Source: Pocillopora damicornis (lineage: Eukaryota). From it: a stretch of DNA of 64,000 bases. The position numbers and the translations under genes are program-made. Position 1 is the stretch's first letter; each line of letters opens with the position of its first letter. This document shows positions 1-11,909 of this stretch, in pieces. Location of the stretch: NCBI RefSeq assembly GCF_003704095.1, contig NW_020846320.1:1-64000 (forward strand), written 5' to 3'. The notes beneath the pieces are model-generated. The model did no database searches and was not told where the DNA came from. It saw nothing but the letters and a program-made list of their open reading frames with translations.

Positions 1-3000
1 AAGGGGGCTGTTTTAGAATTACATTAAACTTGAGAAAAATTGTGTCATGTTTACAATAATTAATGGCGCATATATCATCCTGAAGAACGAATCGTCTCGC
101 TCCCTTTCCGAGCTGTCTGTCGGCCCGCGGTCGGGAGATGCACTGAGGCTCGAAGTGCGCCGTGATGTCTCTTCTCTCCTTGGAGTCGTCTCGCTGATCA
201 AGCAGAGTGAAGGTATACCGCGGATGTATCGGCCATTTGAGTATGGAGTCGTACTCTCCTACTTGAACCTAAACGAAAAAGTAAAGTTAGGTTATGCGCC
301 GAATAATCCATTAGTAGATTCAAACCCGTTATATAGCACGAAGCGACTACGGGGTGTGGATGGTACTGTACTGAGTCAATTGCAGGTTACCCCTAGCCTT
401 TGGTCAGGTTCCCCTGACAAAAGGCTAAGGGGTAACCTTCACCGGTATCCACTTACACTCCTAAAGGAATGGGGCACTGAGTTGTCTGAAAGAAAGTTTT
501 CTTAAGTTTCATCAGTTCGTACAGTTCGTGTTCGTACAACAGGTCACTTAAGAAAAATACTGACAGCCAGAATCCCCCTCAGAGCATGACCCTTGTATTT
601 TCAACGTCAGGCTTTTGTGCCATTATGTAAATGACAAGTTTTACGTAGTTTTATTCTTAATCGCTCGTGGGGAAAAGCAAGTGTTTTGCTCCTGACTTCC
701 CATCATAACCGTATGGAAGCTCACAGGAACATTGATAATGAAAGTAGTAAAACCCGTAAAGAAATTCCGTCATATTTACTAACCTGAAGCCCCACGGATA
801 TGTATCTACCTCTCCCGGTACCAACTCCATTGAGCCACAGCCCTGCACACATTTTATACCCGTGGGGGTGGGTATAGAAAGGCTCGCTAATCATCGGTTC
901 GGGCGCGCGCCCGGATTTGGCGTCCATCAATTTCCGGTTGAAATCCGGTATTCTCCAGATGAACTCGCCATTTGCAGTTCGACCTCGCGCGTCGATGATT
1001 TCTTGTTTTTGTAGCAGCATGGTTTCTTTCTGAAGCTGAATGTGTTCCTTTTGAAGCTGAATTCTTTCTCTCTGGATATCTAGCTGTTTCTTTTGAGCGT
1101 TCACCAAATCACTCAAAGCGCTCAAATGAGACTCCATGTTGCTGGACATATGCTCTTTCATTTTATATCTCTCCGCCTGAAATCAGATAAATTACAATAC
1201 TTTGGCAATACTTTGTTACGCCAAGCAAACGTAGAGTTTTGGGCAGAATATTTGATATTTGATACGCACACAGACGGGCCAATAAATGCTTAGTAAACGT
1301 TCCAATTGTTTCTCAGTATGTAAGACACTTTATCACGCAGTTAAACAAATGAACAGAAAACAGACGCACGAATAGACATTCAATTAGGTACATACAGACA
1401 GACACGATACACTGTAGAACAACTCAATTTGTGGTCGAACTTAATCGATGTTTGAAATACAACTTTAATAACATGTTAGGAACGTTTTCAGGCTCAAACC
1501 GCAAAAAAAGATCAGAACGTTCAGCCTCAGCCCCAAAATTAGTGTAATGACAAAGTACCAATGTTTGTAAGGAACAAATGCATGCTTAACAACTTTTACC
1601 TTAAATTTGCAGCCTGCCTCGACAAATTTGCATGGTACTTCAATGAGGAGACATTCATTGTTCATATGAACCACCAACTACATGGAAAAACGAGAGGAAA
1701 GAACAAGCAAGTAAATAGGAGTTGAAAACTTTGGCTGGCTATGAGCCTATAGTTTACACTCAGCAAAGAAAACCCGCACATGTGACAAAATGTAGTTGTC
1801 CACTTTTAGCGTAATATGATACATGTACCATTTTATTTCAGTCATTCAACCCGTTGAATAGACTCAATTAAACAAAAATCAAAGGAAAACAAGCTATTTC
1901 CAGATTCAAGAGTGTAGCGGAAATCGTACATTTACATTCAGCCGTGCACACCTATTCTTTATGGAAATCCGAGCTCCGTAATTTTTATCAGATATGCCAA
2001 GCTTAAAAGCACTTTGATATTCTTCGCCAATTTCCCTTTAATGAAATAACATTTAGACTGGCTAGAGCTCCTAAGAACTTTCTAAAATTGCAAATCCATA
2101 CAAGATTTATCTAATTAATTGTCTTGATTTATACTACTGTCTTGCTCCTTAAGAGCTTCGCGCAAACAATCTGTTTGTTATGTCATATCTGGTGACGTCT
2201 GTATGGTTCTCAGTTCACAATAAAGTCTGTCTTGGGATGTCCTACCGCAGCAAAACGCACAAACAACAAACGAACACACCTACAAAGCAAAGGAAGGCAA
2301 ATACAACAGAACACACACAGAAAGAAAATAGAAACATGATTGCATGATTTATCATAGGTACTGAATCAGCAACATAAACAGTGACAATGTTAAAGAAACA
2401 ACAAAATATTGGATTTTGATGTGCTTTGGTCAAAATGCATAAGTTTTAAAGAAAAAGATTGAAAAATCACACTTGATAATTTAGGTGAAGGGAACTGGAA
2501 GCCTTCACAAACCTTTTCTTTGGTCAGATTAGTTGCACCACAGTTAGCTGGGCAAGACACAGGGAACGAGGAACAAGTTTGAAGGTGTAACTGCAATAAA
2601 ATTTAAACGTAATACATTAGAATGGCAAGCATCGGTGACGCAAATACCAAAATTTTTCAGAGTAGTATTATTTTGCCCACAAGGTGCCTTCATGTTAACA
2701 GTGTCACAAAGAGCGCGTGGAGAGGTAAAATCCGACAGTAAAGAGCACGCTATGAGTGAATCAGACTACAAGGGCACTGCGGTGGGAACTGTTTTAGGTG
2801 GCAAACACGGAACAGGCGGAAAGAAGTATGGGCATGCGTGGAGTCTCAAAGCAAGCTCTGTTACGAAAAATCGAAAATCGATGAGGAGAAGTAGGGTTAG
2901 ATAAATTTGCATTACACAAAATCATGGCTGCAGTAGTGGGTTTCGTTTGCACAAACTTGCTATTGTCATATTCAAACATTCATAAAGAATAGTCACCGAT

Positions 3001-5145
3001 CAAGCAAAGTTTAAGTACTTACACTCATAAGGTTGAACACAACTTGATTTCCACAGTGAGCGCACGGTGTCAGTCTGTTAATACATTCATGTGAACTGTG
3101 TTCTGATACTCTTCTCCTTTCTAATGATACTCCGCAACGTTTTGGACACGATACCTCAGCGTAACTACACACGTCCTGATGTCGCTAAAAAGGTATTATT
3201 AATAATCAGCACTTAAATGGAGTTTTTAAAAGTACACTAGTTATATTTTTCATATGCGTGCGCGTGCGCTATGATTGGTCTATTTGGTGGGCCGTATTTC
3301 ACTGTGCAACCCGCTAAATTGAAAATTTTGTTTTGATTGGCAAGTTTCCCTTGAGGAAGATTTGAAACACGTCAACAGGAAAAGTACGCAAACGAAGAAA
3401 ACGAACAAAACTCTGAAGCAGATGTCCCAGACTTTTGAGTTGGTTTCTCCGAGAGTTTAGATGAAGACAAGTGACGAATGGAGAAAGATGAACGCGACGA
3501 AGACAACTCGAGCCGAGAACCAGATGATTTCCTCGCTGCTGAAAGGTCGTCAAACACAATGAAAAAGGCAAAATACGAGTGGAAAAAGTTATTTTATTTG
3601 ACAGCGGTTCCTTTCGTTTATTGCGTCACATGTTAATGAACACAAACGCGTATCGGTGATGAAAAAAAAAAGAACCTCACCTCTATTTCACTGAGCGGCC
3701 CAGACCACTCACAACCCTTTTCTGTGTTTGAACAAAGAACCTGTAAGTTTAGAATCTGTCTGTGGCAGCCATTATCTGGGAAAACCTAAAATCAGAAGGT
3801 TTATGACAACTGCTTAAGAATGAAAATACATTATCAAGAATGAAAAGAATTGGTCAGAGCAGCAAAAAATGAAATGACGCAGATTGCAGGCTTTGACACA
3901 AACTAATTATGGTCTCTTTAATTTTTTGCATCGTGAAGAATTAATCCTAACATCCGAGCTTTTTTCATTCGCAATCCGCGACAATCTTCTTCATCCCTAG
4001 CTTTTCTCGGTCCTCCTCTTTATTTCCTTTCCATTTTGGTGTTTTCCACCATTTTTTTCCATAAAATAAAATAAAGAAACAAACTAACGTAGCGCTTCTC
4101 TTTCGATGCCTCAACAAGAACGTTTTGTTTAGGATGAAAATAACAAAACAGAAAATTACGCAGCTTGAACATAAAAATATTTATTCGTAATTATTAGAAT
4201 TATATCAATCATTAAAAATTATATACATTGGATATGGGATTCTCACCTTTGATGGATCAAAGTTCAGGTTATCAAGGGGGCAGCGAGGCCTCTTGTTTCT
4301 ATGATGATACAAAAAAAAAAGAACCAATATAAAATTAAGAGAAAGACGAGGTTTATGCCTCAGTAAAGGTATTGAGTTTTACTCAAAATACTACTGCTAA
4401 GGAAGTTTTTAATATCTTAAACAATTTGTCAAGGTCCAAGCGGGGGAAGGCTGAGGTCTAGATCCTTGGGCTTACAAACATGGGCCTCATCGGAGAGGGG
4501 ACCTTTCAGTGACATTACAACGATGGGGGAGGCGAGGAAGTTGTGTATCAAAACGCACTGTGGGGCACAAATGTAAGGTATCGTGGAGAATAAAAACTGA
4601 ACTGATTTAAAATCGAAATCGAAGTGAACTCAAAGTTTTCAAATTACCTATCGAGCTGAAATAAAATCATAGTGAAAAAGGAAAGCGCCTATGACAAATA
4701 ATTCTCTCATCAAAATTTATTGGACTGCGCGTCCACTCAACATATTAAATCCTTTGATTTCGAGAGGACCAAGCAGAAATTATTTCAAGGTTGATTTCCC
4801 AATCAGGCTGAGAGAATATTGGTTAGAACGATGAGATGATAAACTCTCCTAAAATACTGACATAGAGTAGGAAGTACAGGTGAAGAAACTCATCAAGTTG
4901 AAGAATAATTGTCGGAGTGCATGAAGTAACTAATCCTATGATGTACTAACTGATATTGCCGCAGTGACTACAAATGGAGGATAAACATTTCGATCACTTT
5001 ACCTTAAAATCGGCTTCAAACAAGTGTTACACATACGATGTCCGCATGGTGTTATTTGAACTGGGTCCCGAAGTGCAATCAGACAAATTGGACACTCAAA
5101 TGCCTTGTCTAACGGTCCAGTGAATTTTACTTCATATCCAGGCAT
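1..5145 (-). CDS. TNF receptor-associated factor, TRAF6-like (RING, TRAF zinc fingers, coiled coil, MATH domain); 8 coding exons, stop codon lies beyond the window start
   Basis: Exons ~5145-5003 (MPGYEVKFTGPLDKAFECPICLIALRDPVQITPCGHRMCNTC, RING), 4298-4247, 3785-3681 (VFPDNGCHRQILNLQVLCSNTEKGCEW), 3184-3023, 2590-2513, 1677-1600 (zinc fingers), 1176-784 (coiled coil + GEFIWRIPDF...SEPFYTHPHGYKMC) and 268-1 (VQVGEYDSILKWPIHPRYTFTLLDQ...DTIFLKF). All introns are GT-AG. Which TRAF paralogue this is remains uncertain. Confidence 0.92.
3236..3600 (+). mobile_element. Decayed transposon remnant in a TRAF intron, possibly Crypton-like (tyrosine recombinase/DUF3504 type)
   Basis: GC-richer block with a broken acidic reading frame ending ...DDFLAAERSSNTMKKAKYEWKK. 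This resembles from memory the N-terminus of such elements. No intact ORF. Confidence 0.35.
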
Positions 5146-5950
5146 GTCTTTGCTTGTGCAATGAATTTCTGTACAAAAACCGCGTCTCGAACAGGCGATT
5201 CAGTGTTGCTTTGACTTCATTCCAGAACTACAGAAGTCAGTAATTGCTATTCTAACTGTGATTCTTTGAAATTCTTCCAAGTATTCAAATGTAATACCTT
5301 CTTCGCAAATCCTTTCAGAGAGTCGTTTCGCAACTTGACATTAGAAAAAGGAGAGGAGGCCCATTAGGTCCGTTTCCAAATATCTCTTGACCGATATTTT
5401 TTTTCAAAGAGTACTGATATGTTTGGATCTAGCACTGAATGCCTTAAGTTTACGTTTTCGCGTTTCTGTTGAAGATTAAACAAATCAAGCGGTTTGCTTG
5501 TGCGTGTAAACTGAAAATTGATAAACAAAGCGAGCCGCGCCCGTCTCAGCGCTAAAGCAAAATAGAAACAATGATCTCATAAATGGTTGTTAACGCGAAA
5601 TTTTCCACCACACCCTTTAAACTATCAATATCTGCCTCTCCAATAATTCTTTAGGACTTTGCTTTTGCTATGTTTTGATAAAGGAAAGAAAATGTAACAG
5701 TGTCAATTGTCCATTTTATCAACGAACACACAAGCAACGTCTTAACAAGAGGAGTTTCACCAAACTTTGATTCTCACAGTCGTGCGAATGATCAACTGAC
5801 AATTAGCATTTCCATTTTTGAACCCATCTTGCGCAAAATAAAACAAAAGCTTGTTTTAGTTTAAAAATTTTCATCTCTGCACGGAAGTACAACGCCCAAA
5901 GTGTACCACAATCGCTAACAAACCACCTGTTGACTGGACACCTGCACCAA

Positions 5951-5960
5951 GTCACGTGAC
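5951..5960. promoter_or_regulatory. Perfect palindromic CLEAR/E-box GTCACGTGAC upstream of the TRAF gene
   Basis: Exact 10-bp palindrome about 800 bp upstream of the TRAF ATG, with a CCAAT just downstream (~5973). Confidence 0.4.
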
Positions 5961-7321
5961 TGTCCAAACCTACCAATCGTCGAGGTCGTCGCTTGGATAC
6001 CTGCTCTTGTTTGTCTCCTCTAATTCTAAATGGTTTCAATTTTTATCGCTTGTTTCGTTTATGGGTAATATCTGCTATGGATTAATTTTAAAACACAATC
6101 TCTTTAGGAATGCGTGATTCATTGTGAAGATGTTCGGCTTTTTGACGGCACCTTCACCAGCGTGTCTCAAATTAGTTTAAGTGCAAACAGAATTAAAGGT
6201 CTTACACTGAGTTGTTTCGGCGTGGCCACAATACACTATCGAGTATTTCCCAACATGGGAAGTCTTAAACTCTTTTTTCTTTCGAAACCCTTGACTTAAA
6301 AGGAATGGCCCAGTTTATGAATCTGTATAAAAAATTCAGCTTTAGAATTCGACATCATATTATTAGAGATAACCCCAGCCATCTCTAAAGTTTATATCTC
6401 ACGACCTTAACGTAAGAGATCAGTTAGAAAAAAAGATGATAAAAAAATTCTGCATTTTAAAAGATCGAAACGGATCTGGAGTTTGAAAAAGTTCGGGGCT
6501 ACTTTGTAACCACCTACTTCCAGTCTGGGTTCGAAAACACAGCCCGTCATCTTTGAACATTGAGATAAGCACATTGTGTTCTCTTTTGAGCTTAGTAATG
6601 ACTTTTGAGGATTGTCTCAACAGAAATGGTAAAACTGAAATTTCGCGACATCATGAACTCAAATGTATTTGAACGACTGTGAATATGTGAAAATCAAATA
6701 TTTGAAAGAGATATATATATATATATATCTCATTAAAAGAGTAATAAGTCCCCAGACATTTAATGTACGCTAAAGAGTTTCAATAATTTAATACCTGTTT
6801 ACAACTCTTAAGAAATATCGATAAAAACAGAAATAAGACCGCATAAATTAAAATGAAATAAATTATCAACGACCTACTTCGCATCTACCTCATGGCTTCA
6901 AAGAAACGTGCAATTTAAAAGTAGTAACTAACATATACATCTTGAAGAGCGAAATACGATGTGGAGAATGTTTATTAAAAATGCTACACCGTTATTTTTA
7001 AAAAAATTATGTACATTAATACGATGCAAGATTTTAGCGAAATAAAATATCCTTCATTTGACCTCATTTTGTACGCCTAAGTATGCTCTACAACGCTACA
7101 CACTGACGAGATGTAAAGATGGAACGATAGTTCCGCTACTATGCAAAAAAGAAAACAAACAGCACAAGGTAGCGTTAAGAATTATGTGGGGTGAGGATCC
7201 TAAGCAGTAAGGACATGCGTCTCCTTACGACATTTCTCCGTGAAGCTACCTACAGAAATTTGTCATTTGAAGAAAAAGTTCCTTCTTTTAATAGTTCTGT
7301 CGACAGACGTCTGTGCATGAT

Positions 7322-7765
7322 GGCATGAGCTAAAACCCAATACACCGTAACATGCCGGAACACCGCGAAATTTAAAAAAAATAAAAGTAAAAAAAAGATT
7401 GATAAAAAGTAGTTTATACATACATTATATATATAAAAAGTCAATTTGTGTGTAGCTCGCGCTCTTCGTGCCTCAAGTCCACCATCGTGGTTTTCGCTAA
7501 CCAGTAACCCCGTTCCTAACATGGAAAATGGTGGGTTTACGTTCGTGTCGTTTGAAATTGCAATCCGCTGTCTCTAGTGGTAACCGAAAACCAGGGTGGC
7601 AGACTTAACTCAAAAAGTGCACGGGCTATACACAGATTGAGTTTTACTGTTTTTTATCATTTTTTCAAAATTGAAAAAAGTAAACTTTTTTTCAAATTTT
7701 ATGGTTATTTCATCTTTTTGAAATTCCGCGGAGTTCCCGCATGTTCCGGTTTTAGCACATATGGT
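7322..7765. repeat. Degenerate foldback/MITE with ~200-bp inverted arms
   Basis: The left arm (gctaaaacc...ccgcgaaattt...tgtgtagctcgcgc...tggttttcgctaacca) is the imperfect reverse complement of the right arm (tggtaaccgaaaacca...gcacgggctatacaca...aaattccgcgg...ggttttagc). Confidence 0.65.
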
Positions 7766-8207
7766 GCATGGTTTAGGAGCAGTTATCAGCTATTTTTTGG
7801 ACTACGACAAAAGTGTTAACACAAAAAAAGCCTGTTCTGTGTATATCTGTATATCAGCCTATATACGCCTTGTTGATGCCTGTGCGAGTTTCCTTTTTCA
7901 GTCTCTTTTGGCTGTATTACAATACCCGCTTGACTTCTCCCAATGTTTAAAGCTCTTATCAAAACTATTTGTTTACTGTTATCAGACTAGTAGGTTTCAA
8001 CAATGACTTGTTCCTTAATAGCTTGTCTCATAGAGACTTAACCGTATATGATTCGTTTCTTGATGTCTTGCGCCTCAAAGACCTGTCCCTTGGAGACTCC
8101 TACCTTCATTCCTTGTCCTTTAACTTCTCCTTTGCTATGAACGCCTTTCTCCAGACCCTGGCTCTTTCATCATCTTTAGCAGCTGGCCCCCTTTTATGCC
8201 TGGATTA

Positions 8208-11200
8208 TCAGTCTAAGTGCTCTTTTTCTATCTTCATAGGAACTGTAGTCACCACTTGGTTTTCAAACACAAATCTCTTGACTCTATCAAACAAAAAGAG
8301 AAAGATGAACAGAATAGCCAAGTACTGGATCCAAGCCATTTTGATGAGCTGCCAAAATCCTGGACGGTATCTTAAAAATAACGTTAAGGTGAACTCTGTT
8401 TGCAATTGAACAACTCCTGATGCGAAAATCTTCAAACACAATTCTAAGAAACAGTTGCAACACATCTCTTAAAACCTTGATAATGGTTGGAAAATATGCG
8501 AGGTGTAAATGTATCATTGAATATCATCCCATCCAAGGAAAGGAGATTGAAATACTCTCAGTCAGAGGGGTCTCAATAACTTTTTCCATAAGTGGCTGCC
8601 ACTGGTGTAATTGGCGGCCATGCCTTAAGGTGAAAATAACCAAGAGAGTCTCTTTGTAGGCTAAACAGATGCTGGTGAGACATCTTGCAGACTTACAGCT
8701 CATTGAAACCCCAGTTTGATTGTATCAAGCAATGAAAACTTAGATGTCAGCTCCAGTGGTGTACATGGGTTAACTTAAGAGCAAAACTTTACCTTTTCAA
8801 CAAAAGCTTGTGGCGGCCCTGAATAATATCCTAGTAATGATTGCTTGCAGTACATTAGCACAACCTTGATACACTTAAAATTTTTACTAAAAGATACATG
8901 ATTGTCTCCTCTGGGTAATAAACAGTTCCTTTAATAACAAATGGCTGCCCAGCTGCTCTACCAGTTGTCCACACAGGATGGAATGACACATATTCTGTGG
9001 TGACTGACAAAGCATAAAACAGGACTAGAATAAATTTCTCTTTAGCCTTTGTTGGATAATCATAGATATTTTCTCTGCAGATACCACAACAGCACAAGTT
9101 AAATTCTTGGTACAAGGATGAAGTAAATTTTCCTCCAATTTCATCTCATAACTTACCAAAATATACAAATTCACTTAAAGTCAACTGGTTTGGTCAAATA
9201 ATTCAAATATTGCACTGAAAGGAGATCAATAAACTCCACTCAAGGCTTAGTGAGAGATTTTAAGGTCCAGATTTGAGACACTTTGCTCTCACATTGCCTT
9301 CATTCCACTAGCAGTGTGAAGAATTGCCTCTAAAAGGTGAGGAAAACCTGATAAGTTTGGGGAGCAGGGTAACCTGGAATTAATCTTTGCAACCTAGTGG
9401 TGCTTTTAACTGAAAGTATAATAAGGTCCTGCAACTTTGTGAGTCAGTCTTGTCTGTACTTCAGATATCTGAACCATCAAAAAAAAAATATGAATAATAC
9501 ATAGTTTGCATTGATTAATTTTAAAAACAGGACTAATAAGCCTTTCTTTACATGACGCTCTTTTATCAGAGGCTATCAAAACCTCTTATTAGGTAAAAAG
9601 CTTATCAATACTTACCATTACGTTGGGTGTATGCAGTAAATATGTCATACAATTTATAAGCATCAACATTAGAACTTGAACCATCAATAACTGGTACCTA
9701 CAACCAGAAAATTGTTAATAATTGGCTTAAATAACTGTCTACACTTAAAATTGGTTTACTGGCATAAGAACTCACACCAGATGGTGTCAAAACACAAGAG
9801 TCTTTTGTAAATCAGTAAAGCACAGACCAAAGGAGAGCAGATAACAGAGTTTGCAGATAGCTGCTGACCTGCTAAGAGGCTCTGGAGACCCATAGCCACA
9901 CTGAAAGAAGCAAATTGTGCATACCAGTATATTGCATTACTCTATTCAAGGTTATTCTTTCAGGATTCATTTGTACTCCTTACGTTATATAAGACATGTT
10001 GTCCTTTGTAAGGTAAGGGTCCTGACTGCTGAAGAATCAGTTTTCCAACTGTTGAAAACTCTGCACCAGCTAGAGGAGATGAGTGATGGATGTAGGCCAT
10101 GCTCTCCATCTGAAGTCTGACATATTTCTGAAGAAAAAGAAAGACATCAGGACAGCTGTTGATCATATCAGATCTTCATATTACTTAATTCACTCTTAAC
10201 ACCTGAACATAATATGCATATTCTCCATACTATTAACTTAGTAAACATTTCCAATGGTACCAACAGGGGGAATTTTATTAACAGTCAGGAGCCTCTTTAG
10301 TTGGCAACTGTTTCCTACATTCTCATTTTCTTAATGTTTGATTCAGGGAATATACTGTAAGGAAAATTTTGATGCTAGTCCAGCCATTCATTAAGGGGTA
10401 ATTAAGAGAAATGCAAAAGAATCTTACTCAAAACACCACTTGCATACAGACTGGCAAGATTCTTAAATCAAATATCTCCAACATGAAAACACTGTGATTT
10501 AACAAGCAAGCCATGAATTTGCCTTTTCTTGCAGCATTCTTAACAATAGTGCCACTCTCTACTCTAACAGGGAAACTCAAAGATTTGCAATGGAGACCAC
10601 ATGTAATAATCAAGCATCTACATGGAGGAGACATTACAGCACAACTGTTATCCTTGTGCTTAAGATACCAGAATGAAAAGCTTCTGCAATGGGTCGCTTA
10701 GACTGCAACACGACTCAAAATGTACAGTGTAACTTACATAAAGTTTGTAATCAAATATCAGCAGCAGTTGTACAGAATGTATTGCCTCAGAGTCTGACAG
10801 GGGTATCTCAATATTGAAGTGAAGGCTGTCATACTTTCCATCCAGGTTACCATCTGTTTCCCAAGACTTAATCCAAGAAAAAAAAACATATTACTTACAG
10901 TGTGAATGATAATTGTGGGAGAATTCGATTCAACTATCTCCTAATTACAGTTCTAAATTATCACAGGAAAAAATTTGAAATTAAAGAATATTAGGGTTCG
11001 CAGTCACAGTAGAAAACTAATATCTCAGATTCAGTTCTAATCACCTTTATGAGTGGAATTCTAAGCTTTTCCTGCAGAAGATGGTTAAAGTTTTGAAACG
11101 TACTGTAGGCCATAAATGAACCTGGGGTATTTCCTTGAAGAACGACAAGCAGTTCGTGTTTAAAACGAACATCGGGTTGCTCTCTGAAAGAACTTTCCTT

Positions 11201-11464
11201 GAGCCAGAAACCTGCAGTGTTTCACAACGATTCATGAGGTTTACAATTAATTACAAGAAAGTTAAGAGCTTAGAGTAGAACAGTATTGAATAAAAAACGA
11301 AAAAATAATCAGAAAATTTGCTTACCGTGCGTGACATAGGCAATAATCAGGGGTGGTATAAAAGTCAAAATTATGACAAAGAATTGGAAAAGAGTCGCTC
11401 TGCTACAAATGTGAGTCTTGTATTTTTGTCGTACATTATGTGTATGAACTACGTACATCACCAT
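8208..11464 (-). CDS. TMEM231: Transmembrane protein 231 (ciliary transition zone, MKS module); 7 exons
   Basis: Exons ~11464-11326 ([26 protein letters not shown]), 11211-11045 ([17 protein letters not shown]), 10866-10738 ([15 protein letters not shown]), 10127-9984, 9697-9616, 9003-8898 and 8370-8208 ([20 protein letters not shown]...[10 protein letters not shown]...KEHLD*). These match the characteristic TMEM231 motifs. Confidence 0.93.
8371..8897 (-). other. U12-type (minor spliceosome) GT-AG intron, last intron of TMEM231
   Basis: Minus-strand donor GTATCTTT at 8897. Branch site CCTTAAC (8389-8383) lies ~12 nt before the AG at 8371. Splicing keeps the frame (EETII-YRPGFW). Confidence 0.85.
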
Positions 11465-11909
11465 GTCGAAGAAATATTCCTGCTTAGCGACGAACTTTTA
11501 TAAACAAAAATTGGCGCTCTCTCACATTTTTCCCTTCGTAGATTGAGCCCGCGAATGTAAAGAGGAGAAATACATTTCTTCAATGGGGTGGACTGATCGA
11601 GTTTTTTGCAAAATGTTTCTTTATTGAAATGGTACAAAAGAAACTAAAATTATTATAGATATGAAATAATAATAATCGAGTACGTTGTATCCATATTCGA
11701 AGCATCTTTTCCATTTTGATCTCAAGAACTTCCGTGTTTGAAACAGGTCAAAAAGAATTACCTTACCCCTCCCCTGCTTCTTAAAATTTGCATTATGTAT
11801 TCGGCCCAGATCCTTAGAATTAAATCTCGTTCAAGATGGCGGACGGCAAAGACATTTTTGTACTGTGTTAGATATTTCGCAGAATTATATACCTCTGCTC
11901 TGTTGTTCT

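Noticed and set aside
47-505. 152-aa + strand ORF
   Set aside because: Antisense shadow of the last TRAF exon, with no recognisable motif.
7969-8409. 146-aa + strand ORF overlapping the TMEM231 3' end
   Set aside because: Non-ATG start, antisense to a real exon and 3' UTR, no domain features.
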